From an uncultured virus (IMG/VR IMGVR_UViG_3300042988_001938) (Duplodnaviria > Heunggongvirae > Uroviricota > Caudoviricetes): 64,000 bases of DNA. Under the pieces are notes generated by a model, which saw only the letters and a list, made by a program, of their open reading frames with translations, was not told the origin of the DNA and made no database searches. The number at the start of each line of letters is the position of its first letter. Positions within the stretch are counted from its first letter, which is position 1. The translations under genes were made by a program, and so were the position numbers. The stretch lies in the IMG/VR virus record IMGVR_UViG_3300042988_001938, one strand, 5' to 3'. Below are positions 9,923-18,085 of this stretch, piece by piece.

Positions 9923-9974
9923 GTTGTTTGTTTTTGTTCAAAGCTCTAACAACCCAATTATCAAAAATCACAAA

Positions 9975-10308
9975 AACCCCAAGCCCTAAAAGGTTGAGGA
10001 GTTTTTGCTTTTTGTTCTTTTAATCAGTCCGAGAACACTTTTATCGGTCTTGCCGTTACCCGACCTTCGGAATCGCTCTAGGAGGATGCGCCCTTGTTGT
10101 CGCAACCACCATGGCATTGCGGACGGGTAAATCGGCTAATAATCATCTTTTTGGCGTTTATCTAGTGCTATCTCAACCCCGTAGCCACACGAGGTGCGCT
10201 GTTTTTGGAACAGTGGCTTGTCCCATTATCAGCACGTTCGCCATCTTAAGACTAATTAAAGAACTCTTTTGCAGTCACCGTAGCATAAGCCCAACATCTT
10301 GACCGCAA
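9975..10308 (-). ncRNA. large structured non-coding RNA candidate (~300 nt)
   Basis: GC-richer, no minus-strand ORF; long-range stem GTTCTTTAATTAGTC/GACTGATTAAAAGAAC encloses several helices; ECF-type promoter upstream, terminator hairpin downstream. Confidence 0.65.
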
Positions 10309-10312
10309 TTCT

Positions 10313-10341
10313 TTTTACGAAATTATTTAAAAAATGTTACA
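10313..10341 (-). promoter_or_regulatory. ECF-sigma-type promoter (TGTAACATTTTT...CGTAAAA)
   Basis: Same AAC...CGTA pattern at 18244, 31677, 35629, 41483, 41910 (minus) and 41945 (plus). Confidence 0.65.
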
Positions 10342-10349
10342 ATTTTCTC

Positions 10350-10523
10350 TTAACAATTTGGCAACCTTGCCCGTGCTTCTGGGCTGCTCAAGTATCCGTG
10401 GGCTACTCGGACTCGTTGAAGCACTATCTTCTGCCCATGACCCTGGAAGGTCATTCTCTCCGCCAACTTGCTTGCCTGCAAGACGACTATGAGAAGGAGT
10501 GCTGTTATCATTAGTGCTATCAT
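10350..10523 (-). CDS. small membrane-anchored hypothetical protein (57 aa, leaderless)
   Basis: MIALMITALLLIVVLQ...; ATG 4 nt from motif 10528. Confidence 0.6.
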   Translation of the reverse strand: MIALMITALLLIVVLQASKLAERMTFQGHGQKIVLQRVRVAHGYLSSPEARARLPNC

Positions 10524-10551
10524 GCTACTCTAACAATTTGTTTCTCAAAAA

Positions 10552-10698
10552 TCACAGAAGACCCAAGATTTTCTTCGCTTCCATCAAGACTTCCTCTTGC
10601 ATTTCAGCATCTGTCTTCTGCTTACGCTTTTCTCGCACCTTGTTAATGCGCTCTGCTTTTCTTTTTCTCTCAATGAGAAGTGTCTGTCTCTCGTTCAT
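10552..10698 (-). CDS. small basic hypothetical protein (48 aa, leaderless)
   Basis: MNERQTLLIERKRKAER...; ATG 4 nt from motif 10703, stop in motif 10528. Confidence 0.7.
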   Translation of the reverse strand: MNERQTLLIERKRKAERINKVREKRKQKTDAEMQEEVLMEAKKILGLL

Positions 10699-10863
10699 GT
10701 CTCTCTAACAATTGGTTTCTCAAAAATCACGAGGGGGCTTGTGTTCCCCTCGGCTTTCTCCTTTGTGAATATTACTTCTCTCCAAAGTAATATTCCATCA
10801 ATGCTACCTCTTTTTCGTACATGGTTCTCTTTTTATTTGTTCAACACTCTAACAACTCATTTC

Positions 10864-11277
10864 TCAAAAATCACAGCCTTCTCCACACTCGCAATATTCA
10901 GGACGAAGACCGCAAAAATCGCAATTTGCTACATGACAACCATGAGCCTCCCATGAGCCATCGAAATCGTCAACGTGATTCTTCATGGTTTCCACATCAG
11001 GAAATCCGAACTCTCGTGCTTTCTCAGGCAGAATAACGTTATGGTAGTACGCTGAATTAGCGGGTGAAATTCTCGTGGTGTTACAACGCTTACTTGGGTC
11101 AACGTTGTTCCAATAGTTGTCCTTACACTTCGTTCCTCCCTTACTCTTGCAAAATACGCTTTGGTAGGACTTCTTGACGTGGCTCGTTCCACATGAAGGA
11201 CAAACAATGGTATCCCCAACCTTTGCATCAAGACATTTCTGTCTTGCTTGAATTAGTTTTTGTTTGTTCTTGTTCAT
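10864..11277 (-). CDS. Cys-rich (zinc-ribbon-like) hypothetical protein
   Basis: CPSC, FC..C, CDFC..CEC; leaderless; stop in motif 10847. Confidence 0.8.
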   Translation of the reverse strand: MNKNKQKLIQARQKCLDAKVGDTIVCPSCGTSHVKKSYQSVFCKSKGGTKCKDNYWNNVDPSKRCNTTRISPANSAYYHNVILPEKAREFGFPDVETMKNHVDDFDGSWEAHGCHVANCDFCGLRPEYCECGEGCDF

Positions 11278-11291
11278 GAGACTCTAACAAC

Positions 11292-11600
11292 TCAATTCTC
11301 AAAAATCACAGACATAGTTATGCAATCAGTTTCATCATCATGCTCCTCCAAGTCTGCATACTCTTCAGAATTGTATTTAATCTTAATGCCTTTGCGCTGT
11401 TCCTCGGTCAATTCAGAAAGGAACTTTTTCTCTGCTTCCTTCCAAGAAAGCGTGCGTGGGTATGGAGACCATCTGTCAAAAATCCAAACACGCTCTTCAG
11501 CTTTAACTTGAATTGAGGTTAATGAGTTTTGTGTGTCATCCTCAAGAAAATAAATCTTGCCGAATACTTCAGTAATGTGTTGTCTGTCTTGTGTCGTCAT
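11292..11600 (-). CDS. hypothetical protein (leaderless)
   Basis: Reads into motif 11282 (VIFEN*). Confidence 0.75.
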   Translation of the reverse strand: MTTQDRQHITEVFGKIYFLEDDTQNSLTSIQVKAEERVWIFDRWSPYPRTLSWKEAEKKFLSELTEEQRKGIKIKYNSEEYADLEEHDDETDCITMSVIFEN

Positions 11601-11628
11601 ACCTCTCTAACAACCAAAATCTCAAAAA

Positions 11629-11970
11629 TCACAAGTACTTAACTTTGTCTTGCAATTTATTTAAGTAATAAGGGGTATTTAATTCTCTTGCATCTGAAAG
11701 GTGTACTTCATACTCTTCATCTGTTACAAAATAGTCACCACTCTCAGGCTCTAAGTCATCTTGAAGGCTATTTTCATTCCAATCCTCCATTTCCTCTCTT
11801 TGCGTTCCAGCGACCTCTGCAACAGTCCCACCAACTGAACTTACCCAGAATAAAAACTTTCCATGTGAGAACAAGTAGTGAATAGTGTTTTCAGCATCTT
11901 CAAATACATTTTTTTTGAAGAAACGAAACTGTTCCTTATCGTTAATGTCGAAACTCAACTTATTTTCCAT
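11629..11970 (-). CDS. hypothetical acidic protein (leaderless)
   Basis: ATG 4 nt from motif 11975; stop in motif 11605. Confidence 0.8.
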   Translation of the reverse strand: MENKLSFDINDKEQFRFFKKNVFEDAENTIHYLFSHGKFLFWVSSVGGTVAEVAGTQREEMEDWNENSLQDDLEPESGDYFVTDEEYEVHLSDARELNTPYYLNKLQDKVKYL

Positions 11971-12159
11971 GGAACTCTAACAACCAGAATCTCAAAAATC
12001 ACAACTTCGTTGTTCGTGCCGAAGCAAATCAAAAAGAGGGATACTCCTGTATCCCTCAATCTGGTAACGTAAAACAACAAACAAAAATCTTTATTCTTCT
12101 GGGTGCCTGTCTGGCTTCAGAACCAGCATCTCATCTTCAGGTCATCCCTTGTATCCTAG

Positions 12160-12233
12160 TACTCCCATCAGGATTCGAACCTGAGACCTACTGCTTAGAA
12201 GGCAGTTGCTCTATCCAGCTGAGCTATGGGAGC
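12160..12233 (-). tRNA. tRNA-Arg(UCU)
   Basis: GCTCCCA/TGGGAGT acceptor, D-arm AGCTCAGCTGGATAGAGC, ACTGC-CTTCTAA-GCAGT anticodon arm, GGTTCGAATCC; no encoded CCA; motif 12242 lies 8 nt upstream. Confidence 0.95.
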
Positions 12234-12265
12234 TTATATATTTCTAACAACTGATTTCTCAAAAA

Positions 12266-12529
12266 TCACACTTTCACCAAGTAACAAGAGAAATCAATGT
12301 CATTTTCTGCAGAAGTCTTAGCCATTGATTTTTCTACATCGTATCCAAACGAGGTAATTAACGACTTGAATTTTTCAAACTGAGTCTTCGTAAGAAACAC
12401 AACTGCATTGTGAAAAATGCCATCTGTACGACCACCCATTGTGTCACCTCGCATGGCGGAGAACAAAAACAAAGCATTGTTCTTTAATCCCACCTTGATA
12501 ATTTCCTGTTTATTTGCTGAATTCTTCAT
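12266..12529 (-). CDS. hypothetical protein (leaderless)
   Basis: ATG 4 nt from motif 12534; stop in motif 12242. Confidence 0.8.
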   Translation of the reverse strand: MKNSANKQEIIKVGLKNNALFLFSAMRGDTMGGRTDGIFHNAVVFLTKTQFEKFKSLITSFGYDVEKSMAKTSAENDIDFSCYLVKV

Positions 12530-12557
12530 GATACTCTAACAACTGATTTTTCAAAAA

Positions 12558-12791
12558 TCACAAAGTCTTTCTTCTCAATTGGTAAACTCTCATTTTTAAA
12601 CTTGAGACTGCACCTTCAATAGTTGAGCCTTGACCATGACAATTTGAGAATTCTCCACCCAATAAAGTTGTGCTATAAAGACCTGTGAAAACATCACGAC
12701 TAAATGAAAACTTCATTGTTCCACCTCCAACTCCTAATAGGGGAGTGGAGTAAATTCCATTAGGGCTTTCGCAAGTAATAATAGTTTCCAT
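12558..12791 (-). CDS. hypothetical protein
   Basis: Stop in motif 12534. Confidence 0.75.
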   Translation of the reverse strand: METIITCESPNGIYSTPLLGVGGGTMKFSFSRDVFTGLYSTTLLGGEFSNCHGQGSTIEGAVSSLKMRVYQLRRKTL

Positions 12792-12837
12792 GTCTGTTTG
12801 TTTAATTACAACACTCTAACAACTCAGTTCTCAAAAA

Positions 12838-13053
12838 TCACAAGGGAGAATTGGCTGCATCAATTCCACGCTGGAACGCTGCATCTGAAAAACCTGACAA
12901 AGACTCGCAAAGTTCTGCAATGTCTTGCTCATAGTATCCAGCAAAGAAGCAAACGTCAACAATTCTTTCGAACAAGGGAGACCCCTCTGGATTCTGAATG
13001 GGGTAGTGCTTCTTAACCACCTCCGCAACTGATTCTTTATCAATGTGTGCCAT
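12838..13053 (-). CDS. hypothetical protein
   Basis: Stop in motif 12814. Confidence 0.7.
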   Translation of the reverse strand: MAHIDKESVAEVVKKHYPIQNPEGSPLFERIVDVCFFAGYYEQDIAELCESLSGFSDAAFQRGIDAANSPL

Positions 13054-13238
13054 ATCTTATTTTTAAAGAGGGGAAAGTCAAACCATCATCTGTATTCAAT
13101 CAAATCCAAGTGATGATGAGGTTCTTGGCAACCATTTTAATGACTTCCCCCATTACTCTAACAACCCAAATATCAAAAATCACAAGAAAGGGAGAGGCAA
13201 TGCCCCTCCCAAACTCTGTAAACAAACAACTAACTTCT

Positions 13239-13856
13239 TTAGTAGTTTTGCACTTGTCGTAATCTGTATTTATCTGTGTATCTACCTCCGTTGTAGGCAT
13301 CACAACAAACTCCGCAAGCGTGCTTTACTCTAGTAGCTTTTTTGTGGCGAGGCGTTTCCTTGCCGCAATTATCACAAATCAATGTGTATTTTGTAGTCTT
13401 TTTTTCTGTCGGCTCTCCACCTATCGGAACACATCTTTCTGCTATTGAAAGGACTTGTGTTGCAATATTCTTCCACTTATAACTATGGTCGCTAAATCCT
13501 CTTATCTCAAAGTCAATAGCGTGTGCAATCTCGTGTCGAATAGTGTTCTCAAATCTCCACGCCTTGTCTAAGTGTTGCTCAAGGTACCAAGTAGAAACAT
13601 AAATGGTTTTCTTTCTTCCAGAGCAAAGTCCAAGAGCCGTTTTTCTTGTATTAAACTCAAAGTGCCATCCAAGGTCAATTAAGTTAAACTCCTTGCGTGT
13701 GAAACTGTTAATGTCAATCGTCCAAGTTGAATTCAGCAATTGAATTGCCAACTGCTTTATCTCCTCCTTTGTTGTGCTTTGCTCTCTATTGAAGAATAAC
13801 TTTTTTGTCAAGTCCTCGAATAGTGCATCGAATTTTGGGTCTTTGATAAGTTTCAT
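13239..13856 (-). CDS. SprT-family zinc metalloprotease-domain protein
   Basis: R..LGLC, HEIAHA, H...WK, C-terminal CxxC...CxxC. Confidence 0.85.
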   Translation of the reverse strand: MKLIKDPKFDALFEDLTKKLFFNREQSTTKEEIKQLAIQLLNSTWTIDINSFTRKEFNLIDLGWHFEFNTRKTALGLCSGRKKTIYVSTWYLEQHLDKAWRFENTIRHEIAHAIDFEIRGFSDHSYKWKNIATQVLSIAERCVPIGGEPTEKKTTKYTLICDNCGKETPRHKKATRVKHACGVCCDAYNGGRYTDKYRLRQVQNY

Positions 13857-13905
13857 GTCGTGTTGTTTATCTGTTACAATACTCTAACAACTGATTTCTC
13901 AAAAA

Positions 13906-14100
13906 TCACAACTCCCAATTATGTGCTTCGCAAATTACAATTGCATCTTCAATCTTGTACGTTTCATCGTAGTGCTTCAAGTTTGTTACCCACATTCTTG
14001 CACTCACCTTACCGAAGTACTTGTCAAAAAACTCTCTCTTTTCAACTGAAAGGTTATCTAAAATATCTTGCTCTTTCTTTGTTAAATTTGGCTTGTCCAT
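13906..14100 (-). CDS. hypothetical protein
   Basis: ATG (MDKPNL) downstream of motif 14125; stop in motif 13882. Confidence 0.7.
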   Translation of the reverse strand: MDKPNLTKKEQDILDNLSVEKREFFDKYFGKVSARMWVTNLKHYDETYKIEDAIVICEAHNWEL

Positions 14101-14148
14101 GTTGTTTGCTGTTTCGTTACAACACTCTAACAACCCAAATCTCAAAAA

Positions 14149-14424
14149 TCACAAGTCATTCAATGACTTTCTTATCACAAAGTAACCATGCTTGAATGGT
14201 TGAGTTCCAGTGTCGCATGGAATTGATATATCAACAAAGTCAAAACCATCCTCCGTGTCATGTACTGAAAAAACTTGGTAATTTTCTTCGTCATCTTGAT
14301 ACTCCCTAACCTCGTCAAGTCTTTCGGGGTGCAAGAAAACGAAATCTCCATATTTCTCAGAAGAACCCTCTCGTGCCTTAATAACTCTGTCTCCGTACTT
14401 TGAGAAAAATTCTTCTTTGGTCAT
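14149..14424 (-). CDS. hypothetical protein (leaderless)
   Basis: ATG 4 nt from motif 14429; stop in motif 14125. Confidence 0.8.
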   Translation of the reverse strand: MTKEEFFSKYGDRVIKAREGSSEKYGDFVFLHPERLDEVREYQDDEENYQVFSVHDTEDGFDFVDISIPCDTGTQPFKHGYFVIRKSLNDL

Positions 14425-14452
14425 ATCACTCTAACAACTGACTTATCAAAAA

Positions 14453-14917
14453 TCACAACTCAACATCCACAGAGCACTCAAGCCAAATCGGTTCATCCTC
14501 ACCTCTTGCGCCAATAATGTTAAAGTATGCGTATTCTTGCGCTCCTTCATAGTCCCAATTATTCTGAGCCATCAAAATTTCAATAAGTTTCTCGACTGAG
14601 TAAATCAAGCGCATAGAATGGTAATCAAAGCCCATAACCGCTTCATCAAAGCCCTCTTGCTTTCCTATTAAGTCATTGCCAAGGTTCGCTTCAAGAAACT
14701 CCATTCGGCTCGGTCCTTTATAGGTGTTTTCTTTTTCCGCTTCCTTCAATGACTCATTGATAATTCCCTTTACCAATATGTCATTGGCGAAGAATAAGGC
14801 AATACAAACCACCATCAATGGTGCTCCAATGGCTACATTCCCGAACGCCAATAGAATTACGGCAATTGGAAGTAGTACGACTAAGGGGTAGAAAATTGCA
14901 ATGTGAATTTTTTTCAT
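14453..14917 (-). CDS. membrane protein with conserved phage domain
   Basis: Two N-terminal hydrophobic helices; GFDEAVMG...IYSVEK...A.EY..FNI.GA domain related to 43843..44364. Confidence 0.75.
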   Translation of the reverse strand: MKKIHIAIFYPLVVLLPIAVILLAFGNVAIGAPLMVVCIALFFANDILVKGIINESLKEAEKENTYKGPSRMEFLEANLGNDLIGKQEGFDEAVMGFDYHSMRLIYSVEKLIEILMAQNNWDYEGAQEYAYFNIIGARGEDEPIWLECSVDVEL

Positions 14918-14966
14918 GACTGTTTGTTTATCTGTTACATTACTCTAACAACTCATTTCTCAAAAA

Positions 14967-15302
14967 TCACACAATCTCGCTTAATTCTTTTTCTAAATCC
15001 TCTCTCGTAATCCCATACTCCAAGCAAGCAATTTCTTTAAACAACTCCAATTTTTCCTGACCAACACGAATCGCATCATTAATGGTTGGAAATATATCAG
15101 AAGCCAAAATATCTTTTTTATCTTCTAATTCCCCAGTGTGCCAGCCACCAGCGTCATTAACAAACACATACCGACCTACAGCAAGTTCCTTCTTCATGAA
15201 CTCAATACCACTATCGAGAACATTAACCCTTACGTTTTCAAGTTCTTGAATGCTTGATATAATCATCCAATAAACTCCGTTGTAAAATCCAAATAGTTTC
15301 AT
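14967..15302 (-). CDS. hypothetical protein
   Basis: Stop in motif 14943. Confidence 0.8.
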   Translation of the reverse strand: MKLFGFYNGVYWMIISSIQELENVRVNVLDSGIEFMKKELAVGRYVFVNDAGGWHTGELEDKKDILASDIFPTINDAIRVGQEKLELFKEIACLEYGITREDLEKELSEIV

Positions 15303-15360
15303 GTTGTGTTCGTCTTATATCTGTTACACCACTCTAACAACCCAAATCTCAAAAATCACA

Positions 15361-15465
15361 AGAGCATCTTGAGGGAGACCCTAAAAAAAATAAAGAGCAG
15401 GCTGGAGTCCACCCTATGCGCTTTCCGAAGAATGCGAACCCGTATCGCTTGTGGCACCTACACCA
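15361..15465 (-). ncRNA. putative small RNA cassette (family copy 3)
   Basis: Motif-flanked; GTAGGTGC..AGCGATACGGGTTC..AGGGTGGACTCCAGCCTGC..T-tract. Confidence 0.6.
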
Positions 15466-15489
15466 CTCTAACAACCCAATTCTCAAAAA

Positions 15490-15699
15490 TCACAGGTTTG
15501 TTTCCTTCCAATCCTGGTACTCACAGAAAATAACCAGAACACCCTTGCTTGGCTTTTTCTTCTGGAACTCCTCATGTTCCTCCTCGCTCATCGAAATAAC
15601 TGCTTCAATAGTGCTAACAACTTTCGCATCCATGTGAGAGCCAATCTTTACAATATTGCTTCTCTCTAGTTCCTTTATAAATTCAATTGTCTTGCTCAT
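15490..15699 (-). CDS. hypothetical protein (leaderless)
   Basis: ATG 4 nt from motif 15704; stop in motif 15466. Confidence 0.75.
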   Translation of the reverse strand: MSKTIEFIKELERSNIVKIGSHMDAKVVSTIEAVISMSEEEHEEFQKKKPSKGVLVIFCEYQDWKETNL

Positions 15700-15732
15700 G
15701 ATACTCTAACAACCCAATTCTCAAAAATCACA

Positions 15733-15761
15733 AAAAAGGCTTCACAACCGTGAAGCCTTTC
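15733..15761 (-). terminator. intrinsic terminator
   Basis: AAAGGCTTCAC-GGTT-GTGAAGCCTTTTTTT running into the motif. Confidence 0.75.
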
Positions 15762-15815
15762 AATTTTTCCGAAATATCTATTAATCTTATTTGAGTTTAA
15801 TGTTTTCCTCGCCCG

Positions 15816-16049
15816 TTAAGTAAAGCCCACAGGGTACTCCTTAGCGTTTGAGAATGCCCCATTGGGCTTGCGTGCGTTCAACTCAACAAAGACCTCAAGA
15901 CCTACAGCGAAATCGCCTACCTCTTCATCAATCGCCATAACCGCCTGAGAGGTCGAAGCCACCACCTGAACATCAGGCTTCTGCTTCTCGAACTTCTCTG
16001 CTTGATGGCTTGAGAACAAGAGGGTTAATATGAGTGTCGTTATTATCAT
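15816..16049 (-). CDS. hypothetical secreted protein
   Basis: N-terminal signal-peptide-like segment; downstream of motif 16057. Confidence 0.65.
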   Translation of the reverse strand: MIITTLILTLLFSSHQAEKFEKQKPDVQVVASTSQAVMAIDEEVGDFAVGLEVFVELNARKPNGAFSNAKEYPVGFT

Positions 16050-16089
16050 TCTGTTACTCTAACAATTGGTTTCTCAAAAATCACAAGAC

Positions 16090-16302
16090 TTAGGCGTTTA
16101 ATATTTTATCTGCCATTCTTCCAATTCTTCTTAACTCCTCAAGAGCATGAGAATTCAAAGTGCTAACTGAAATTAAATCAACCTCCTGAATACCTTGAAG
16201 CGTGTTTACAATTTCGTTCTTTGTATCAAAAATCATCGCTTCTTTCTCATCAGTGAATATTTTTCCATTCACTTCAAATGCGTTTATTTTATTTACTGCC
16301 AT
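16090..16302 (-). CDS. hypothetical protein
   Basis: Downstream of motif 16323. Confidence 0.75.
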   Translation of the reverse strand: MAVNKINAFEVNGKIFTDEKEAMIFDTKNEIVNTLQGIQEVDLISVSTLNSHALEELRRIGRMADKILNA

Positions 16303-16365
16303 GTCGTTTGTTGTTTATATCTTTCTAACAATTGGTTTCTCAAAAATCACAAGATATTGAAGGTT

Positions 16366-16686
16366 TCACCCCTCAACTCTTGAATTAATTACACTTATCA
16401 AAACGTCCACGTAAATCCCTTCCATCTTGTCAACAATCTTTCCTTTCGCTGTCGTGAAGTATAGGGTGAATGTATCATCCCAACCAAGAGCAATATAAAC
16501 GTGTCCGTAGTGCTTTCTTCCTTGAACCATGAAGCGTGCAAACAAGTCCTTGTGAACCGCAAAGGCATGAGCGCCCCAGCAAGCCATTGTCCAAAATGCA
16601 CCCTTTCTCATGGCTGTTAATAACTCCTTTGGGTCGAAACTTCTTTGCCCAATTTTGTCTGTCTCAATTGTTTCTCCAATATTCAT
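16366..16686 (-). CDS. hypothetical protein
   Basis: ATG (MNIGET) downstream of motif 16711. Confidence 0.8.
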   Translation of the reverse strand: MNIGETIETDKIGQRSFDPKELLTAMRKGAFWTMACWGAHAFAVHKDLFARFMVQGRKHYGHVYIALGWDDTFTLYFTTAKGKIVDKMEGIYVDVLISVINSRVEG

Positions 16687-16750
16687 GTTGCTTGTTGTTT
16701 GGTTACAACACTCTAACAACCCAAATCTCAAAAATCACAAAGGGAGACTT

Positions 16751-17050
16751 TTAATTTAAGTTAATATCCCCTAGCAATTCATCAACCGCCTTTTGAGCCT
16801 GCATATCCTCCACAATCTCTTCAAGTTTGTGAGTGCTCTCAATATTTAATGAGAACGCTCCAATAGACTTATCTACCCAATGAATGTGGACTTTAAGACC
16901 AATGATGTATGGTTGCTCGTTTTCAGGTCGAATAACGGCTAAAAACTCTGTTGTTCCCTTAACTTGCTGACCAATGTTTGCGAAAGGGAGAAGCTCCTGC
17001 AAAGCTTGAACTACCAAGTCCAATTCTTCTTTACCATTCAAAAATTCCAT
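16751..17050 (-). CDS. hypothetical protein (leaderless)
   Basis: ATG 4 nt from motif 17055. Confidence 0.8.
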   Translation of the reverse strand: MEFLNGKEELDLVVQALQELLPFANIGQQVKGTTEFLAVIRPENEQPYIIGLKVHIHWVDKSIGAFSLNIESTHKLEEIVEDMQAQKAVDELLGDINLN

Positions 17051-17145
17051 ATTATTCTAACAACCCACTTCTCAAAAATCACAACTTCTATTTTTTTAGA
17101 AATAAAGGGAGAGTTCTGTGATTTTTGAAATTCCAGTTGTTAGAG

Positions 17146-17230
17146 TATTGTAGGTGCGAGAGCGATACGGGTTCAGGGAGAGATTTCTGCAGAGGGTAGA
17201 CTCCGACCTACCTTATATTTTTTTTGGGGA
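17146..17230 (+). ncRNA. putative small RNA cassette (family copy 4, inverted)
   Basis: After inverted motif 17117; GTAGGTGC..AGCGATACGGGTTC..AGGGTAGACTCCGACCTAC..T-tract. Confidence 0.6.
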
Positions 17231-17503
17231 GAGTTTCTAAACTTATAAAAATTCGTTTTTCCGCCCCCTTTTGAGGAGCGGTCAAGATTCAGTTTAACTT
17301 GGCTCTGCACACCCATGCAGTCAGTTAACACGTTTTCGGAGGGAGAGTTTCAGTCTCAGTAACCTTTCTTCATTGTCTTTCTCTTTTTGCTTATCTCTCT
17401 AACAACCCATTTCTCAAAAATCACAACTTCGTTATTCGTTCCGAAGCAAGGGAGGGAGAGATTCTTTTTAGATGGATGGGAGGGCTTAGCCCTCCCCAAT
17501 CTT

Positions 17504-18085
17504 TTAGTCAATGATTCGGTATTCAAACCCGCCAATCACAAACCCCTTCAAGTTGTCGAAGTCAACGGTACGGAAGCAGAAATCATTCTCGCTATCAACC
17601 GCCCCACGTCCACTTGTGTACTCTTTTGGGTTAAGTCCTGCAGGAGTGATGTAGTCAGCGTTCCAAACTTGCTCCTTGTTCACCTCTTGCATTGTTTCAG
17701 CAATGTAAAGTTTGTGGTCGCTTACTCTTGTGTGGTTCTCAACAATGAACACTAGGTAACGCTTTGTTTGTGTCTTTGTGTCACGTACCACAGGCGACCC
17801 GTCAATGTAGTACTCCTTGCCGAATTGTGGTTGAGCCACGAAGTTAATAACCTCACCTTGCTTGTTCTCAACAATTCGGTTTACTTTCTTCTCGTAGTCT
17901 GAACCAATCGTTGCGTTCAACTTTACGAATTTCTTAAGCAATTTCTTGCCTCCAACCGTTTTGCTTTCAGCAACATCTACCAAGTAAGAAAGGCTTGAAA
18001 ATGCTACTCCACTTGCTGAAATGTTCTTGTAGTCCTCGAACATTGCTACCGCTTGTGCTTTTGTAATGTGTTTTAAATTTTTCAT
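17504..18085 (-). CDS. hypothetical protein
   Basis: 193-aa ORF downstream of motif 18113; hairpin terminator at about 17476-17499. Confidence 0.85.
   Translation of the reverse strand: MKNLKHITKAQAVAMFEDYKNISASGVAFSSLSYLVDVAESKTVGGKKLLKKFVKLNATIGSDYEKKVNRIVENKQGEVINFVAQPQFGKEYYIDGSPVVRDTKTQTKRYLVFIVENHTRVSDHKLYIAETMQEVNKEQVWNADYITPAGLNPKEYTSGRGAVDSENDFCFRTVDFDNLKGFVIGGFEYRIID

Noticed and set aside
9975..10308. RNase P RNA, tmRNA or group I intron identity for the structured RNA
   Set aside because: I could not find their hallmark conserved sequences or tRNA-like ends, and the element does not interrupt a gene.
730..16731. Track starts MIFEK... / MRFGLLECC... (1026, 9701, 14145, 16731)
   Set aside because: These GTG/TTG starts lie inside the motif, upstream of the inferred TSS; downstream ATGs were used instead.
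584..17755. Plus-strand ORFs in the track such as 1034..1300, 3894..4196, 10597..10956, 13860..14195 with recurring TLTTQFSKIT or SNNxFLKNH peptides
   Set aside because: These peptides are translations of the DNA motif on the antisense strand; the ORFs shadow better minus-strand genes.
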